NCBI GenBank assembly: GCA_963845085.1
Contig: CAWJQI010000001.1
Span: forward strand, 352,001 to 416,000
Source of the DNA: Candidatus Fermentibacterota bacterium
Lineage (GTDB): Bacteria > Fermentibacterota > Fermentibacteria > Fermentibacterales > JCC-6
Length of the DNA stretch: 64,000 nt
Direction: 5' to 3'
Made by a program: the position numbers and the translations under genes. Shown piece after piece: positions 1 to 9,515 of this stretch (its first letter is position 1; each line of letters begins with the position of its first letter). The notes beneath the pieces were generated by a model. That model made no database searches. It was not told the DNA's origin and worked only from the letters and a program-made list of their open reading frames with translations.

Positions 1-1
1 T

Positions 2-2011
2 TACGAACAGGTACGAAGGGGCATCCCCGATGCAATACCGGCGATGCCCCCCCCAATACCCGGGGCCAACCATGCACCGGCCAGACCGGGCAGCCTCACG
101 CACGCAGAGAGGGAGCTTGCCCTCTCGAACGCCCTCAGGTACTTCCCATCGGAGTGGCATCCTGCGCTTGCGCCGGAGTTCGCCGCCGAGTTGCGCAGCG
201 ACGGCAGGATAATCATGCGCCGCTTCCGTCCCCCGTACGAAATGAGGGCCCGGCCCCTTGCGGAATACCCGTGTCGGACCAAGCAGGCGGCGGCCATCAT
301 GCTGATGATCCAGAACAACCTCGACCCCAGGGTCGCACAGCACCCCGAGGAGCTGGTGACTTACGGCGGGAACGGGAACGTGTTCCAGAACTGGGCCCAG
401 TACCTGTTGACGATGAGGTACCTTTCGGAAATGACGCAGGAGCAGACGCTCGTCATCTACTCCGGCCACCCGCTCGGGCTGTTCCCGAGCCACCCCGATG
501 CCCCCAGGGTGGTGGTGACCAACGGCATGGTCATTCCCAACCATTCCAGCCAGGACGACTACAACCGGTTGGCCGCCCTGGGTGTTACGAACTATGGCCA
601 GATGACAGCGGGCAGCTTCATGTACATCGGCCCCCAGGGCATCGTGCACGGAACCACGATCACGCTGCTGAACGCAGCCAGGATGTTCCTTGCCGGGGAT
701 GGAACCCTTGCGGGAAGGTTGTTCGTCACGAGCGGCCTCGGCGGGATGAGCGGTGCGCAGGCCAAGGCAGCCGTTATCGCGGGGGCGATAGGCGTTGTGG
801 CCGAGATCAATCCCAAACCCCTGAAGACCAGACACGAGCAGGGCTGGCTCCAGGAGGTCGAGGATGACCTCGGCCGCCTCCTCATCCGGATCGACCGCGC
901 AAGGAAGGAAAAGAAGCCGCTCAGCATCGGATACCTTGGCAATGTCGTCGACCTCTGGGAAAGGCTTTCCGCCGAGGGTTTTCCCGTGGACCTCGGCAGC
1001 GATCAGACCAGCCTTCACAACCCCTTCATGGGCGGCTACTACCCGGTCGGGCTGACTCTCGAGCAGAGCAACGCCATGATGGTGCATGATGCGGCTGGTT
1101 TCAAAGGCTGCGTGCAGGAATCCCTCCGGCGGCAGGTGAAGGCCATAAACACCCTCCACCGGGGAGGCATGTACTTCTGGGACTACGGGAACGCCTTCCT
1201 GCTCGAGGCCGGAAGGGCCGGGGCCGAGGGAATTCTAAAACCGGACGGCTCCTTCAGCTACCCGTCGTATGTCGAGGACATCATGGGGCCGGTCTGCTTC
1301 GATTACGGTTTCGGCCCCTTCCGCTGGGTCTGCACCTCTGGAAGCCCCGGTGACCTTGAAGCCACCGACCGAATCGCGGGCGACGTCATCGAGTGCATGG
1401 CGGGGCAAGCCACTGACCAGAACCGCCGTCAGCTGCTCGACAACCTGCACTGGATCAGACAGGCGGGGGAGAACCGGCTCGTTGTGGGAAGCCAGGCGCG
1501 CATCCTCTATGCCGACTGGAAGGGGCGGATCGAGCTTGCGCTTGCCTTCAACAGCGCCATAGCCGAGGGGGTCATATCGGCCCCGGTCGTGCTCGGCCGC
1601 GATCACCACGATGTGTCCGGAACCGACAGCCCCTACCGTGAAACCGCAAACATCCGTGACGGCTCGATGTTCACCGCTGACATGGCGGTTCACAACGTCA
1701 TCGGTGACTCCTTCAGGGGGGCGACCTGGGTGAGTCTTCACAACGGCGGAGGAGTTGGCTGGGGAGAGGTGATCAACGGAGGGTTCGGGCTCCTTCTCGA
1801 CGGCAGCCCGGACGCGGCGCGCAGGGCTCGGTCGATGCTCAGCTGGGATGTTGGAAACGGCCTGGCCAGAAGAAGCTGGGCAAGGAACCCCGGGGCGGTC
1901 TGGGCCGTCGGGCAGGCCATGAAGGCGGAACCCCTGATGAAGGTAACCATGCCCGTGGTGGCCGACGATAAGATCGTTGCCGAAGCGGTTCGTAAAGCCT
2001 TCGAGGCCTGA
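2..2011 (+). CDS. hutU: Urocanate hydratase, long (~670 aa) type; 5'-partial
   Basis: Motifs NNLDPRVAQHPEELVTYGGNG, YGQMTAGSFMYIGPQGIVHGT, GLGGMSGAQ, SDQTSLHN, GRDHHDVSGTDSP. The frame is open from base 2, so the start lies upstream of the window. Confidence 0.95.
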   Translation, partial: YEQVRRGIPDAIPAMPPPIPGANHAPARPGSLTHAERELALSNALRYFPSEWHPALAPEFAAELRSDGRIIMRRFRPPYEMRARPLAEYPCRTKQAAAIMLMIQNNLDPRVAQHPEELVTYGGNGNVFQNWAQYLLTMRYLSEMTQEQTLVIYSGHPLGLFPSHPDAPRVVVTNGMVIPNHSSQDDYNRLAALGVTNYGQMTAGSFMYIGPQGIVHGTTITLLNAARMFLAGDGTLAGRLFVTSGLGGMSGAQAKAAVIAGAIGVVAEINPKPLKTRHEQGWLQEVEDDLGRLLIRIDRARKEKKPLSIGYLGNVVDLWERLSAEGFPVDLGSDQTSLHNPFMGGYYPVGLTLEQSNAMMVHDAAGFKGCVQESLRRQVKAINTLHRGGMYFWDYGNAFLLEAGRAGAEGILKPDGSFSYPSYVEDIMGPVCFDYGFGPFRWVCTSGSPGDLEATDRIAGDVIECMAGQATDQNRRQLLDNLHWIRQAGENRLVVGSQARILYADWKGRIELALAFNSAIAEGVISAPVVLGRDHHDVSGTDSPYRETANIRDGSMFTADMAVHNVIGDSFRGATWVSLHNGGGVGWGEVINGGFGLLLDGSPDAARRARSMLSWDVGNGLARRSWARNPGAVWAVGQAMKAEPLMKVTMPVVADDKIVAEAVRKAFEA

Positions 2012-2060
2012 AGTGAAACCCGCAGTGCGAAGTGATCGCAATTCGTTGCAGCGAATTATC

Positions 2061-2705
2061 TTGCCGCAGCAATCTAATCTATCTAAGTCCGTCCCCGAGG
2101 TGGTGCTGTTCGATGTGGACGGAACGCTGCTTGATTACGGCAGGGCGCAGGCGGAAGCGGTTGGGAACGACCCTGAAGCCCTTAGGCTGGTGAACTCCCC
2201 CGAGGTTCAATCGTACGAGGCCAGGGGTGTTCCAGAACCGGCGGGCGAACTGAAAGCCTTCCTCGAAGGATACTACGAACGGCTTTCCGCGCAGGGGGCG
2301 GTCATTCCCGGCGCACTGGAAACACTGCGCGTGCTTTCAGGCAGGGTCAGGATGGCGGTCGTGTCGAACGGCCCGGGGTGGGTTCAGGATGCAAGACTGG
2401 CAGCCGGGGGAATTATTGATTACTTTCAGGTCAGGGTGTACAGCCGGGATGAGGGGGTGGCCAAGCCCGATCCGGCGATTCTTGGGATCGCGCTCGACAG
2501 GCTTGGCGCAGCTCCGGAACAGGCGGTCTTCGTGGGTGACAGCCCCGGGAACGACATGAGGGCTGCGGAAGCGGCAGGGGTCGATTTCGTGTGGTTCCGC
2601 CCGGACGGAGTATTCGGCTCGCCCGGAAAACGTATCGCTGAAATTTCTGAACTGGTTCAACTACCGGGTGTCCTTGCCCGGAAAAACGGAGAGGGAAAAC
2701 AATGA
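2061..2705 (+). CDS. HAD-superfamily hydrolase (YjjG-like); start uncertain
   Basis: HAD motifs LFDVDGTL, VVSNG, KPDP, FVGDSPGNDM. Confidence 0.85.
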   Translation: MPQQSNLSKSVPEVVLFDVDGTLLDYGRAQAEAVGNDPEALRLVNSPEVQSYEARGVPEPAGELKAFLEGYYERLSAQGAVIPGALETLRVLSGRVRMAVVSNGPGWVQDARLAAGGIIDYFQVRVYSRDEGVAKPDPAILGIALDRLGAAPEQAVFVGDSPGNDMRAAEAAGVDFVWFRPDGVFGSPGKRIAEISELVQLPGVLARKNGEGKQ

Positions 2706-3185
2706 AGTACCTTGTTCTTGCTCTGGTGCTCACCGCAGTGTCGTTCGGAAGCATCAGCCATGGCCCGCAGGTGGGTATATGGCTCCCCACCGGTGACATG
2801 GGCGATGTCTACAACACCAGCTTCGGCATCGGTTACCAGCTTCTCTACCACATGCCCGTCGTGGCCATCGAGGGTTCCATCGGCTACGTGTTCATGTCCT
2901 ACTGAGTTTGAAAACGTCGACGCCCACCTCATCCCCATCACCGCCGGCATCCGCAGCTACAGCGGCTCGCTCTACGCGGCAGGCGGTCTCGAGTATGACA
3001 ACATGAGCACAACGGTCGAGATCGGCGGGGTCGAGACCAGCGACTCCGAAGGCGAGATCGGCGGCTACATCGGCGCGGGCATGGTGAACAGGATGGGCTT
3101 CGGCAAGCTCGACCTCAGCGCCAGGGCCCACTGGATGGATTTCGATGATTTCATGATCAGCATCGGCGGCGGAATCAACTTCTAG
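2702..3185 (+). CDS. Outer-membrane beta-barrel protein, split by a 1-nt frameshift near 2900
   Basis: Signal peptide MKYLVLALVLTAVSFG, alternating aromatic/Gly strands and C-terminal Phe (GGGINF). Removing one base at ATG TCC (T) ACT GAG joins ORFs 2702-2905 and 2712-3185. Confidence 0.75.
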
Positions 3186-3202
3186 GCCGTCAGGATGAAT
3201 GT

Positions 3203-3238
3203 GAGGGGGCGGGCTTCGGTCCGCCCCTTCTTCATTCC
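3203..3238 (+). terminator. Intrinsic terminator hairpin, probably bidirectional
   Basis: GAGGGGGCGGGC-TTCG-GTCCGCCCCTTC followed by TTCATT, between convergent genes. Confidence 0.7.
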
Positions 3239-3273
3239 AACTGGTAAGCAATTCAACGTAATGAACAGAAATG

Positions 3274-3561
3274 CTACGTTTTGGGCAGCTCACACAATTC
3301 CAGAGTGCCGCCATTTCTCAGAACCGGGTGTTCATTCAGAAGGTTTAAAAGCTCTTCAACATCTCGAGACTCAAAACGCATGTATCCGGAAACACTCTTT
3401 GTCGTATCAGATACTTCCTTGCTGCCAAGCTGGATGCGTTTTCCGATCTCGCTGCCACCCTGGAACAGACCGCTGCTCCTTGCCAGCGCAAGGAATCTGT
3501 CCCAGTCCTCTTCTTTTGTCATTGTATCCGTGTTATCATGGATAAATAGAATATATTCCAT
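3274..3561 (-). CDS. YciI/YCII-related small protein
   Basis: MEYILFIHD...GGSEIG...VSGYMRFES...HPVLRNGGTLELCELP resembles YCII-like proteins; GGAGGG RBS. Confidence 0.55.
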   Translation of the reverse strand: MEYILFIHDNTDTMTKEEDWDRFLALARSSGLFQGGSEIGKRIQLGSKEVSDTTKSVSGYMRFESRDVEELLNLLNEHPVLRNGGTLELCELPKT

Positions 3562-3663
3562 TGTTGTCCCCTCCTTTGAGCATCCCTTCATAGTCATTGG
3601 GCTGCAGTCTTTTCCCCTGGTTATTGCGCGGTCCTCCTGCGAGGGCAATCGGCTCTCAAGTCC

Positions 3664-3942
3664 CTATGGTCTGGCTTCAGGCAGAAGACTGACCTTGAAA
3701 ACCACATTGCCGTTGTCCGGACATGCCATGCCTGTTTTGCACAAGGGATCCTTTTCGTAGCCGAACCGTGCACCCGATCCCAGGGCAACGAGAATTGGGA
3801 AGAGGGTCGTATACGCTCCTCCACAGAACCCGTCAGGTGTATCCAGTCCGTTGAAGATGAACTTGTCTCCGGGCTGGTAAGAATGCGAACACCTTCCCGA
3901 CACACGCTCAACCTCGACTTCGTATCTTTTCATTTCCGCCAT
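3664..3942 (-). CDS. TIGR04076-family Cys-containing small protein
   Basis: Pattern GRC...YQPGDKF...PDGFCGGAY...CPD...VVFKV. Confidence 0.7.
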   Translation of the reverse strand: MAEMKRYEVEVERVSGRCSHSYQPGDKFIFNGLDTPDGFCGGAYTTLFPILVALGSGARFGYEKDPLCKTGMACPDNGNVVFKVSLLPEARP

Positions 3943-4026
3943 AGAACTATCTGATGGTGTTAAGTCATCCCCGATATGGATCTGCGCTGCTTTTTCAAGA
4001 ATGCCGGTGGTTTATAACAATGAACA

Positions 4027-4158
4027 CTACCTATCAGCAATTTCCCTGAGAATACGGGTGTTCAACTTCCCTGTCCTGAAACCCTGGTGGTAAGCATTGC
4101 CATACTGATTGCGGACTTCGAGAAGCTTCAAATCGAGGTCATCAAGCCAGTTGTTCAT
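4027..4158 (-). CDS. Possible 43-aa small ORF (MNNWLDDLDLKLLEVRNQYGNAYHQGFRTGKLNTRILREIADR)
   Basis: ATG-to-TAG ORF co-oriented with its neighbours and below the ORF-track cutoff; no family recognised. Confidence 0.3.
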   Translation of the reverse strand: MNNWLDDLDLKLLEVRNQYGNAYHQGFRTGKLNTRILREIADR

Positions 4159-4196
4159 ATCGTTCGCTCACTTCAAACGCATCCGGGCAGCAGACT

Positions 4197-4644
4197 TCAC
4201 AGACCTTGGTTCTCATGCTGTTCTGCCGTATCCAATGGTTCGGTCAAATATCGCTCAACGAATTCGGCTGGTCCAAGAATCTCAATTCCAGCATATCCAT
4301 TGACATCAAGAAGGTGTTTGTCACCCGATACGATTGTTTTCGTGGTTCCACCAAGTGCAGCTGTGAGAAACTTGTCATCGTCGGGGTCGGCACAAACCTG
4401 ATTATTTATAACAACCGGCTCGACAATCCTGCATCCTGCAGTCACTATCGAAAGAATACCGGATGCTTCTACAGAGGGGAATTTGGCGGAAAGCCTTTCA
4501 AGAACATCAGAATACTCTTTGAGAATCTCAGCGGACAGGATTATCTCCAGTCTGCCGGTTCTCCAAGCGTCGAGAACAGCACCAGGTTTACCCTTGAAGA
4601 AGACGGCTGAGATGACAGACATTCGTGTCAATTACGACCCGCAT
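4197..4644 (-). CDS. PIN-domain putative toxin (TIGR00305-like), 1-nt frameshift near 4617
   Basis: ATG at 4644 gives MRVVIDTNV; one extra base then shifts into VISAVFFKGKP...CADPDDDKFL...IVSGDKHLL. Confidence 0.85.
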
Positions 4645-4910
4645 TTTTTCGATCGCACTTCAGCTATCGCCTTCTCAACATCTTCAGGTGTCATCCCTGC
4701 TTCATAGGCTGCTTCCTGTGCCTTGAGAATCATCTCTTCGAACTCGGTTGGAGAGGGAGGGGAAACTGTTTTCAGAACTACAACATCACCCTCACCAAAG
4801 ACAACGAACCTCGTTCCCGCCTTCAGATGAAGTGCATCCCTTATCTCCTCGGGGATTACTATCTGGCCTCTGGATGACATTTTCGTTGTAGCTACCGTGT
4901 TCATGGGCAT
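4632..4910 (-). CDS. AbrB/MazE/SpoVT-family antitoxin
   Basis: TTKMSSRGQIVIPEEIRDALHLKAG; its 3' end overlaps the PIN gene start. Confidence 0.9.
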   Translation of the reverse strand: MPMNTVATTKMSSRGQIVIPEEIRDALHLKAGTRFVVFGEGDVVVLKTVSPPSPTEFEEMILKAQEAAYEAGMTPEDVEKAIAEVRSKKCGS

Positions 4911-4933
4911 TCCAATCTATTCTCACGCCTTTC

Positions 4934-4976
4934 ATCTTACCAGTAAGATTATATCAACCCGTGATTGAGAGGTCAA
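4934..4976 (-). promoter_or_regulatory. Sigma70 promoter and palindromic operator of the TA pair
   Basis: TTGACC (4976-4971), 17 nt spacer, TGn-TATAAT (4953-4948); perfect inverted repeat ATCTTAC-TG-GTAAGAT at 4934-4949. Confidence 0.8.
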
Positions 4977-5211
4977 TCATGAGAGAGGGAACACTTCGAA
5001 TGAGCCGATTCATCTCGCCTCCCTGACGAGAAACAGGGACAGCCAGTTTAATCTCGGTGTTGAACTGCTTTGATAACCATCGGGGGTGAACTCAACCGGT
5101 AGCGTTTCTTTCCGGATTGACACCGAATTGGCAACGAAACTTGCCGGTTTGGGTGTGAAAGTTTTCCGCACTTCGCCCTGGTGTGTGAGATCTGCTTCAG
5201 TGATGAAACGC

Positions 5212-6489
5212 TCAGGGAACTACCGGGGCGAGGGCCTTCCTTCTCTTCGCGCTGTGACGGAGGAAGAGAATACCCGCAGCAAGGAAAAACCCGGCGGACA
5301 TTGCAAAGTTCGCGGTGTAGCTGGCAAGCTGCATGACAGCGCTTCCCAGCACCGGGGCCACGAAGCCCCGCAGAGCGGTTGCGGTCACATGAAAGCCCTG
5401 GTACGTGGCGGCCTTCCCCTCGGGTGCAAAATGCATGCTGCTCATGTTCCATGACACCTGCACCCCCGCCATGCCGGCGGAGTAGAGAAGCCACGCCCCG
5501 TAGAAGAGCACGACCCCCCATTGAGGAAAAATGCTGGACGCAACCAGCAGGAGCGGATAGCCCGCCAGTATGAGGCACATGTGCCCGGTAAAGCGGAAGG
5601 GTCGAATCCTCTCCAGCCCCGCACCCAGAAGGGGCCCGAGGAACACCAGACCAAGCTGCCCGAGAACGCCCTTCGCGGTTGCGTACTGCTCGTACGAGAG
5701 GTGAAGCACCTCCCGGGCGAAGAACGGAATGGCGGGCTGGATGCCCATGAAGCCGAAACCGTAAAGCATGAAGAAGGCCTCGAACAGAACGAACTCCCGG
5801 TCCGCGCGGAAGATCGTCTTCAATCCTGCGATCATCTCCCTGATCGAGGCCGACTGCGTGGTGTCGGTGTTGCGGAGCCCCCTGACCATCAAGGCCATGA
5901 AAAGGGCCTGCCCGGCTCCGAAAATGCCCTCGACGAAGAAGAGCCACCTGTAAAACGAGAAATCGGCATCGAGAAGGGCTCCCGCCAGAATGCTTGCGGG
6001 AAGGCTCACAAGGTTGAAGAGGCTCATCCCCCAGCCGAACAGGATGCCCCTGTTGCCCTTCCTGTAGCGGTGCCTGAACGCGGCGTTCATGCCGGGGATG
6101 ACTACGCTGTTCGATCCGAAGTACAGGAGCAGGAGGAGCAGCATGGTGTTAACGCTGGAGGAAAAAAGCATCAGTCCAACGGCGAGCCTCATGCAGGCGC
6201 CGACCAGCATGGCGCGGAAATGGCTGTTCGTGCTGTCAAGCCAGTGGCTTGCCAGAACGCTGAAAAGGTTGCTTACCGGCCATATCATGGCCAGCACTGT
6301 GATCTGGGTTACCGAGGCCCCGAGGCCGTTCCCCGCGATGTAGTCGTGGTTGAGAACCACGCCTGATGCCACCGCCCCGAGGGCCTGGCTTATCATGTGA
6401 AGCCTGAAGGCCCTTTTCTCACCGGGTTTGAGAGGGACCTTCAGGAACTTCACGATGCGGGACCCGAAGCCCGGGCCCTCCGCAAACAT
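5212..6489 (-). CDS. MFS transporter
   Basis: 425 aa with ~12 hydrophobic segments and an MFS-like two-repeat layout (RGILFG; ATYQG). Confidence 0.8.
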   Translation of the reverse strand: MFAEGPGFGSRIVKFLKVPLKPGEKRAFRLHMISQALGAVASGVVLNHDYIAGNGLGASVTQITVLAMIWPVSNLFSVLASHWLDSTNSHFRAMLVGACMRLAVGLMLFSSSVNTMLLLLLLYFGSNSVVIPGMNAAFRHRYRKGNRGILFGWGMSLFNLVSLPASILAGALLDADFSFYRWLFFVEGIFGAGQALFMALMVRGLRNTDTTQSASIREMIAGLKTIFRADREFVLFEAFFMLYGFGFMGIQPAIPFFAREVLHLSYEQYATAKGVLGQLGLVFLGPLLGAGLERIRPFRFTGHMCLILAGYPLLLVASSIFPQWGVVLFYGAWLLYSAGMAGVQVSWNMSSMHFAPEGKAATYQGFHVTATALRGFVAPVLGSAVMQLASYTANFAMSAGFFLAAGILFLRHSAKRRKALAPVVP

Positions 6490-6492
6490 CTG

Positions 6493-7110
6493 CTATTCCT
6501 CCCTCAGAATGCCCGCTTTCCCAAGGTGGACCACTACGGCTTCCACCGATTCTTCCGGTGTCTGAAGGTGTGTATGAAGCACCAGTTCCGGTTTCTCCGG
6601 AACCTCGTAGGGCGCGTCGATTCCTGTGAACTCCTTGATGAGGCCGGCCCTTGCCTTCTTGTAGAGCCCCTTGGGGTCGCGCTCCTCGACCACTTCAAGG
6701 GGTGCGTGGACGAACACCTCGATGAAATCGCCCTCCCCCTGAATTCTTCTCGCGCTGTCCCTGTCGGAGGAGTAGGGGCTGATGAAGGCCACCATGTTGA
6801 TGATGCCGAAGCTGGTCAGAAGCTTTGCGACCTCGGCGATGCGGCGGATGTTCTCGGTGCGGTCCTCCGGGCTGAAGCCCAGGTCGCAGTTGAGACCGTG
6901 ACGGATGTTGTCGCCGTCGAGAACAGCGGTGTGCACTCCCATTGAATGCAGCCTCGCGGCGAGCATGTCGGCAATGGTGGACTTGCCGCTTCCGGAAAGG
7001 CCGGTGAGCCAGATCGTGGCCCCCCTGTGCCTGTTGAGGGCCTCCCTTTCAGGTCTGCCGACCGTCTGTTCCCTCCATGTGAGATTATTGGTGGTGGAGC
7101 ATGTCTTCAC
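6493..7110 (-). CDS. cysC: Adenylyl-sulfate (APS) kinase
   Basis: WLTGLSGSGKST, LDGDNIRHGL, RDPKGLYKKARAG, FTGIDAPYE. Confidence 0.95.
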   Translation of the reverse strand: MKTCSTTNNLTWREQTVGRPEREALNRHRGATIWLTGLSGSGKSTIADMLAARLHSMGVHTAVLDGDNIRHGLNCDLGFSPEDRTENIRRIAEVAKLLTSFGIINMVAFISPYSSDRDSARRIQGEGDFIEVFVHAPLEVVEERDPKGLYKKARAGLIKEFTGIDAPYEVPEKPELVLHTHLQTPEESVEAVVVHLGKAGILREE

Positions 7111-8405
7111 TTGGATCCGCCTTCCAGTTCCATTTTTTCTACCGCTTCAAGAAGCTTGCCGGTGTCAACGGCTCTGCCGGCCCTGGATGAAGCCAGGGCC
7201 TTGACCAGGGACTCCATCGGCATGAAGCCCGAGCGCCTGAGGAAGTGCGCGGCGCACAGAAGAGAGGCGCTTCTGGCGCCCAGCGGCGCCCTGTAGTCCC
7301 TTTCAACGACCGCCGCCTTCGTTTCGGGCCTTGCGAGCGCCGAGTCGATGAACAGGGTGCCGCCCGTCAATTTTCTCGAGCCTCGGAAGTGCCTTGTCAC
7401 GGCCCTCGACAGAGGTGACGAGAGCGGCGTCTATCGATGTGATGCCGGTGTAATGTATCTCTTCGGTCGATATGATCACTTCGGCAAGGGAGAATCCCAC
7501 GCCGACCGTGACGGGGTAGCTGCCCTTCTTCGTCACGAACAGGCCGCACGAGATGGCGGCCTGGGCGAGCAGCTCGGCCGTGGACTGAACGCCCTCTCCG
7601 GCCGACCCGGCAAGGATGATGGACACCTTCCCGGAGAGGCTGTGGTCGAACTCCTTCAGGGGCATCGGCACATCCTGAGCAGTGATTCGGTGTTCTCGCG
7701 GACCGCCGGCTGGAACGCCCGGGCTGAATCGTTTCTGAGAACAACGGGATCGAGCCCGGCCCCCTCGGTTATCTCCGGAAGCTTCCGACCCGGGTTGAAC
7801 TTGACGCCGTAGCTGGGGCAGAGCTCCACCGCCTCGATAAGGGAGAAACCCTTTATCCTGAAGGCCTCTTCAAGAGCGTCGGTCACGTCGCCCGCAGCAA
7901 GCATCCTGCGCGCATAGGATGCGCCGATTCCGTGCACCATCCTGACGAGGTCCATGCCGCTGTCGGGTCTTCCCTCGGGCATGGTCGACGTTTTGAACCC
8001 GCAGGGGGTGAGGCCCGAAGGCTGACCTCCCGTCATGCCGTAGAGCATGTTGTTGTGCACGATGACAGTCATGTCGATGTTCCTGTGGGCGGCCTCGATG
8101 ATGTGATGGAGCCCGATCGTGGCGCCGCCGTCGCCGAGGAGAACCAGTATCTTCTTTTCAGGGTTCGAAAGCCCCATGGAGATGCCGGTTGCGAGCGCGA
8201 CAGACCTTCCGTGAAGGCCGTGGACCGTGTGGGAGTGGAACTGCTTGTCGATGATACCTATGCATCCGATGTCGGTCACAACGACAAGGTCGAGCGGGTT
8301 CAGATTCGGAAGCCTTTGCAGGGCCTTCTCGATGCATCGCGCTATAAGCCCGTGGCCGCAGCCCGAGCAGAACGGAAGGTTTTCGGTGGACAGGAATGAT
8401 GTCAT
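7107..8405 (-). CDS. 2-oxoacid:ferredoxin oxidoreductase beta (TPP-binding) plus gamma domain; frameshifts near 7675 and 7372
   Basis: Beta motifs PFCSGCGH, TDIGC, GLHGR, GDGG, NNMLYGMTGGQ; gamma motif LAGSAGEGVQS. The pieces join with single-base corrections. Confidence 0.85.
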
Positions 8406-9514
8406 CGCTCCACCTCCGCTTCTATCTCGGTCGGGGAAATGAGCCTGCCGATACCGTTGACCCCCGATACACCCTTCCTGCCGTTCTTTCCGAAGAGGAT
8501 CTCGCGGTACTGGCCGCCCTGGTTCTCCTCGGCGATGATCACGCGGGAGTACCGGTTCATTATCTCCGTGTACTCGGGTGGAACCGGAAAAAGCGTTTTC
8601 GCGGTCAGCAATGATACGGGCCTGCCCCTTTTCCGGAGGGATGCGGCCGCTTCCCTCGCAGCGGCTGCCGTAATGCCGAACGAGAAAAGAAGAGTGTCGG
8701 ATTCGACCCGGTCGTATTCGAAGAAGGTGTATTCGGGAAGGTTGTGCTCGGTCTTGAAGCGAAGCCTTCTGGTGTTCTCCAGTGCTTCCGGGGTGGAATG
8801 CTGAAGGCTTGCGTTCTTCTCGTGGGTGCTCGCGGTGAGCCTCACCTGGTGCCGGGTGCCGCCAACGGGCAGGAAGGGAGGAACGCCGTCGGGACCGGCC
8901 GCATACGGGAGGTAGGTCTCCTCCCCCTGGTAGAACACCCTCGGGACCTTCTCAACGGGCGATATCCGGTTCAGGTCGTAGCTCTGAAGGGTCATCACCA
9001 TCTCCTTCGAGGAGAGGAGGAAGACCGGGCAGCGGAGCCGGAGCGCGAGCTTCACGGCCTCGGCGGAAAGGTTGTAGCAGTCGTCGAGGTTCGACGGGCA
9101 GAGCGTTGGAACGGGCTGCCCCCCCGAATTGATGCCGTGAAGAAGGGAAAGGTCGCCCTGGGCGCCGCACGTGGCCGTTCCAGTCGCAGGGCCGAGCCGC
9201 TGCGCAAGGATGATGACCATGGGAAGCTCCATCATGAAGGCCATCCCGATAGATTCGATCATCAGGGCAAGCCCGGGGTACGATGTGGCGGTGACGGGAA
9301 TGCGCCCGGCTGCGGAAAAACCGCTCATCCACTGCAGGGTGGTGATCTCGTCAGGGGCGGGAAGCACCATTGGAAAACGGCGGCTGGAATAGGCGTAGAG
9401 AAGGTTCGCGGGCGTAATGGGATAGCCGACGAACACATCCGCGCCTGCTTCAACCGCGGCCTCGATGATGAGCCTTGATCCGTCGATGAAGGCTGTTCTT
9501 GAAGCGGTCGCCAT
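8402..9514 (-). CDS. 2-oxoacid:ferredoxin oxidoreductase alpha subunit
   Basis: FVGYPITP, TATSYPGLALM, QRLGPATG, QGD, EENQGGQY. Confidence 0.9.
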   Translation of the reverse strand: MATASRTAFIDGSRLIIEAAVEAGADVFVGYPITPANLLYAYSSRRFPMVLPAPDEITTLQWMSGFSAAGRIPVTATSYPGLALMIESIGMAFMMELPMVIILAQRLGPATGTATCGAQGDLSLLHGINSGGQPVPTLCPSNLDDCYNLSAEAVKLALRLRCPVFLLSSKEMVMTLQSYDLNRISPVEKVPRVFYQGEETYLPYAAGPDGVPPFLPVGGTRHQVRLTASTHEKNASLQHSTPEALENTRRLRFKTEHNLPEYTFFEYDRVESDTLLFSFGITAAAAREAAASLRKRGRPVSLLTAKTLFPVPPEYTEIMNRYSRVIIAEENQGGQYREILFGKNGRKGVSGVNGIGRLISPTEIEAEVER

Positions 9515-9515
9515 G

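Noticed and set aside
2903..2905. TGA in the OMP gene (and at the OFOR beta end, 7656) as selenocysteine or readthrough
   Set aside because: The continuation is in a different frame, so these are frameshifts rather than recoded stops
5040..5210. Possible structured RNA or att site between the TA promoter and the MFS stop
   Set aside because: Only short hairpins are present, with no recognisable family or matching repeat at the other end of the islet
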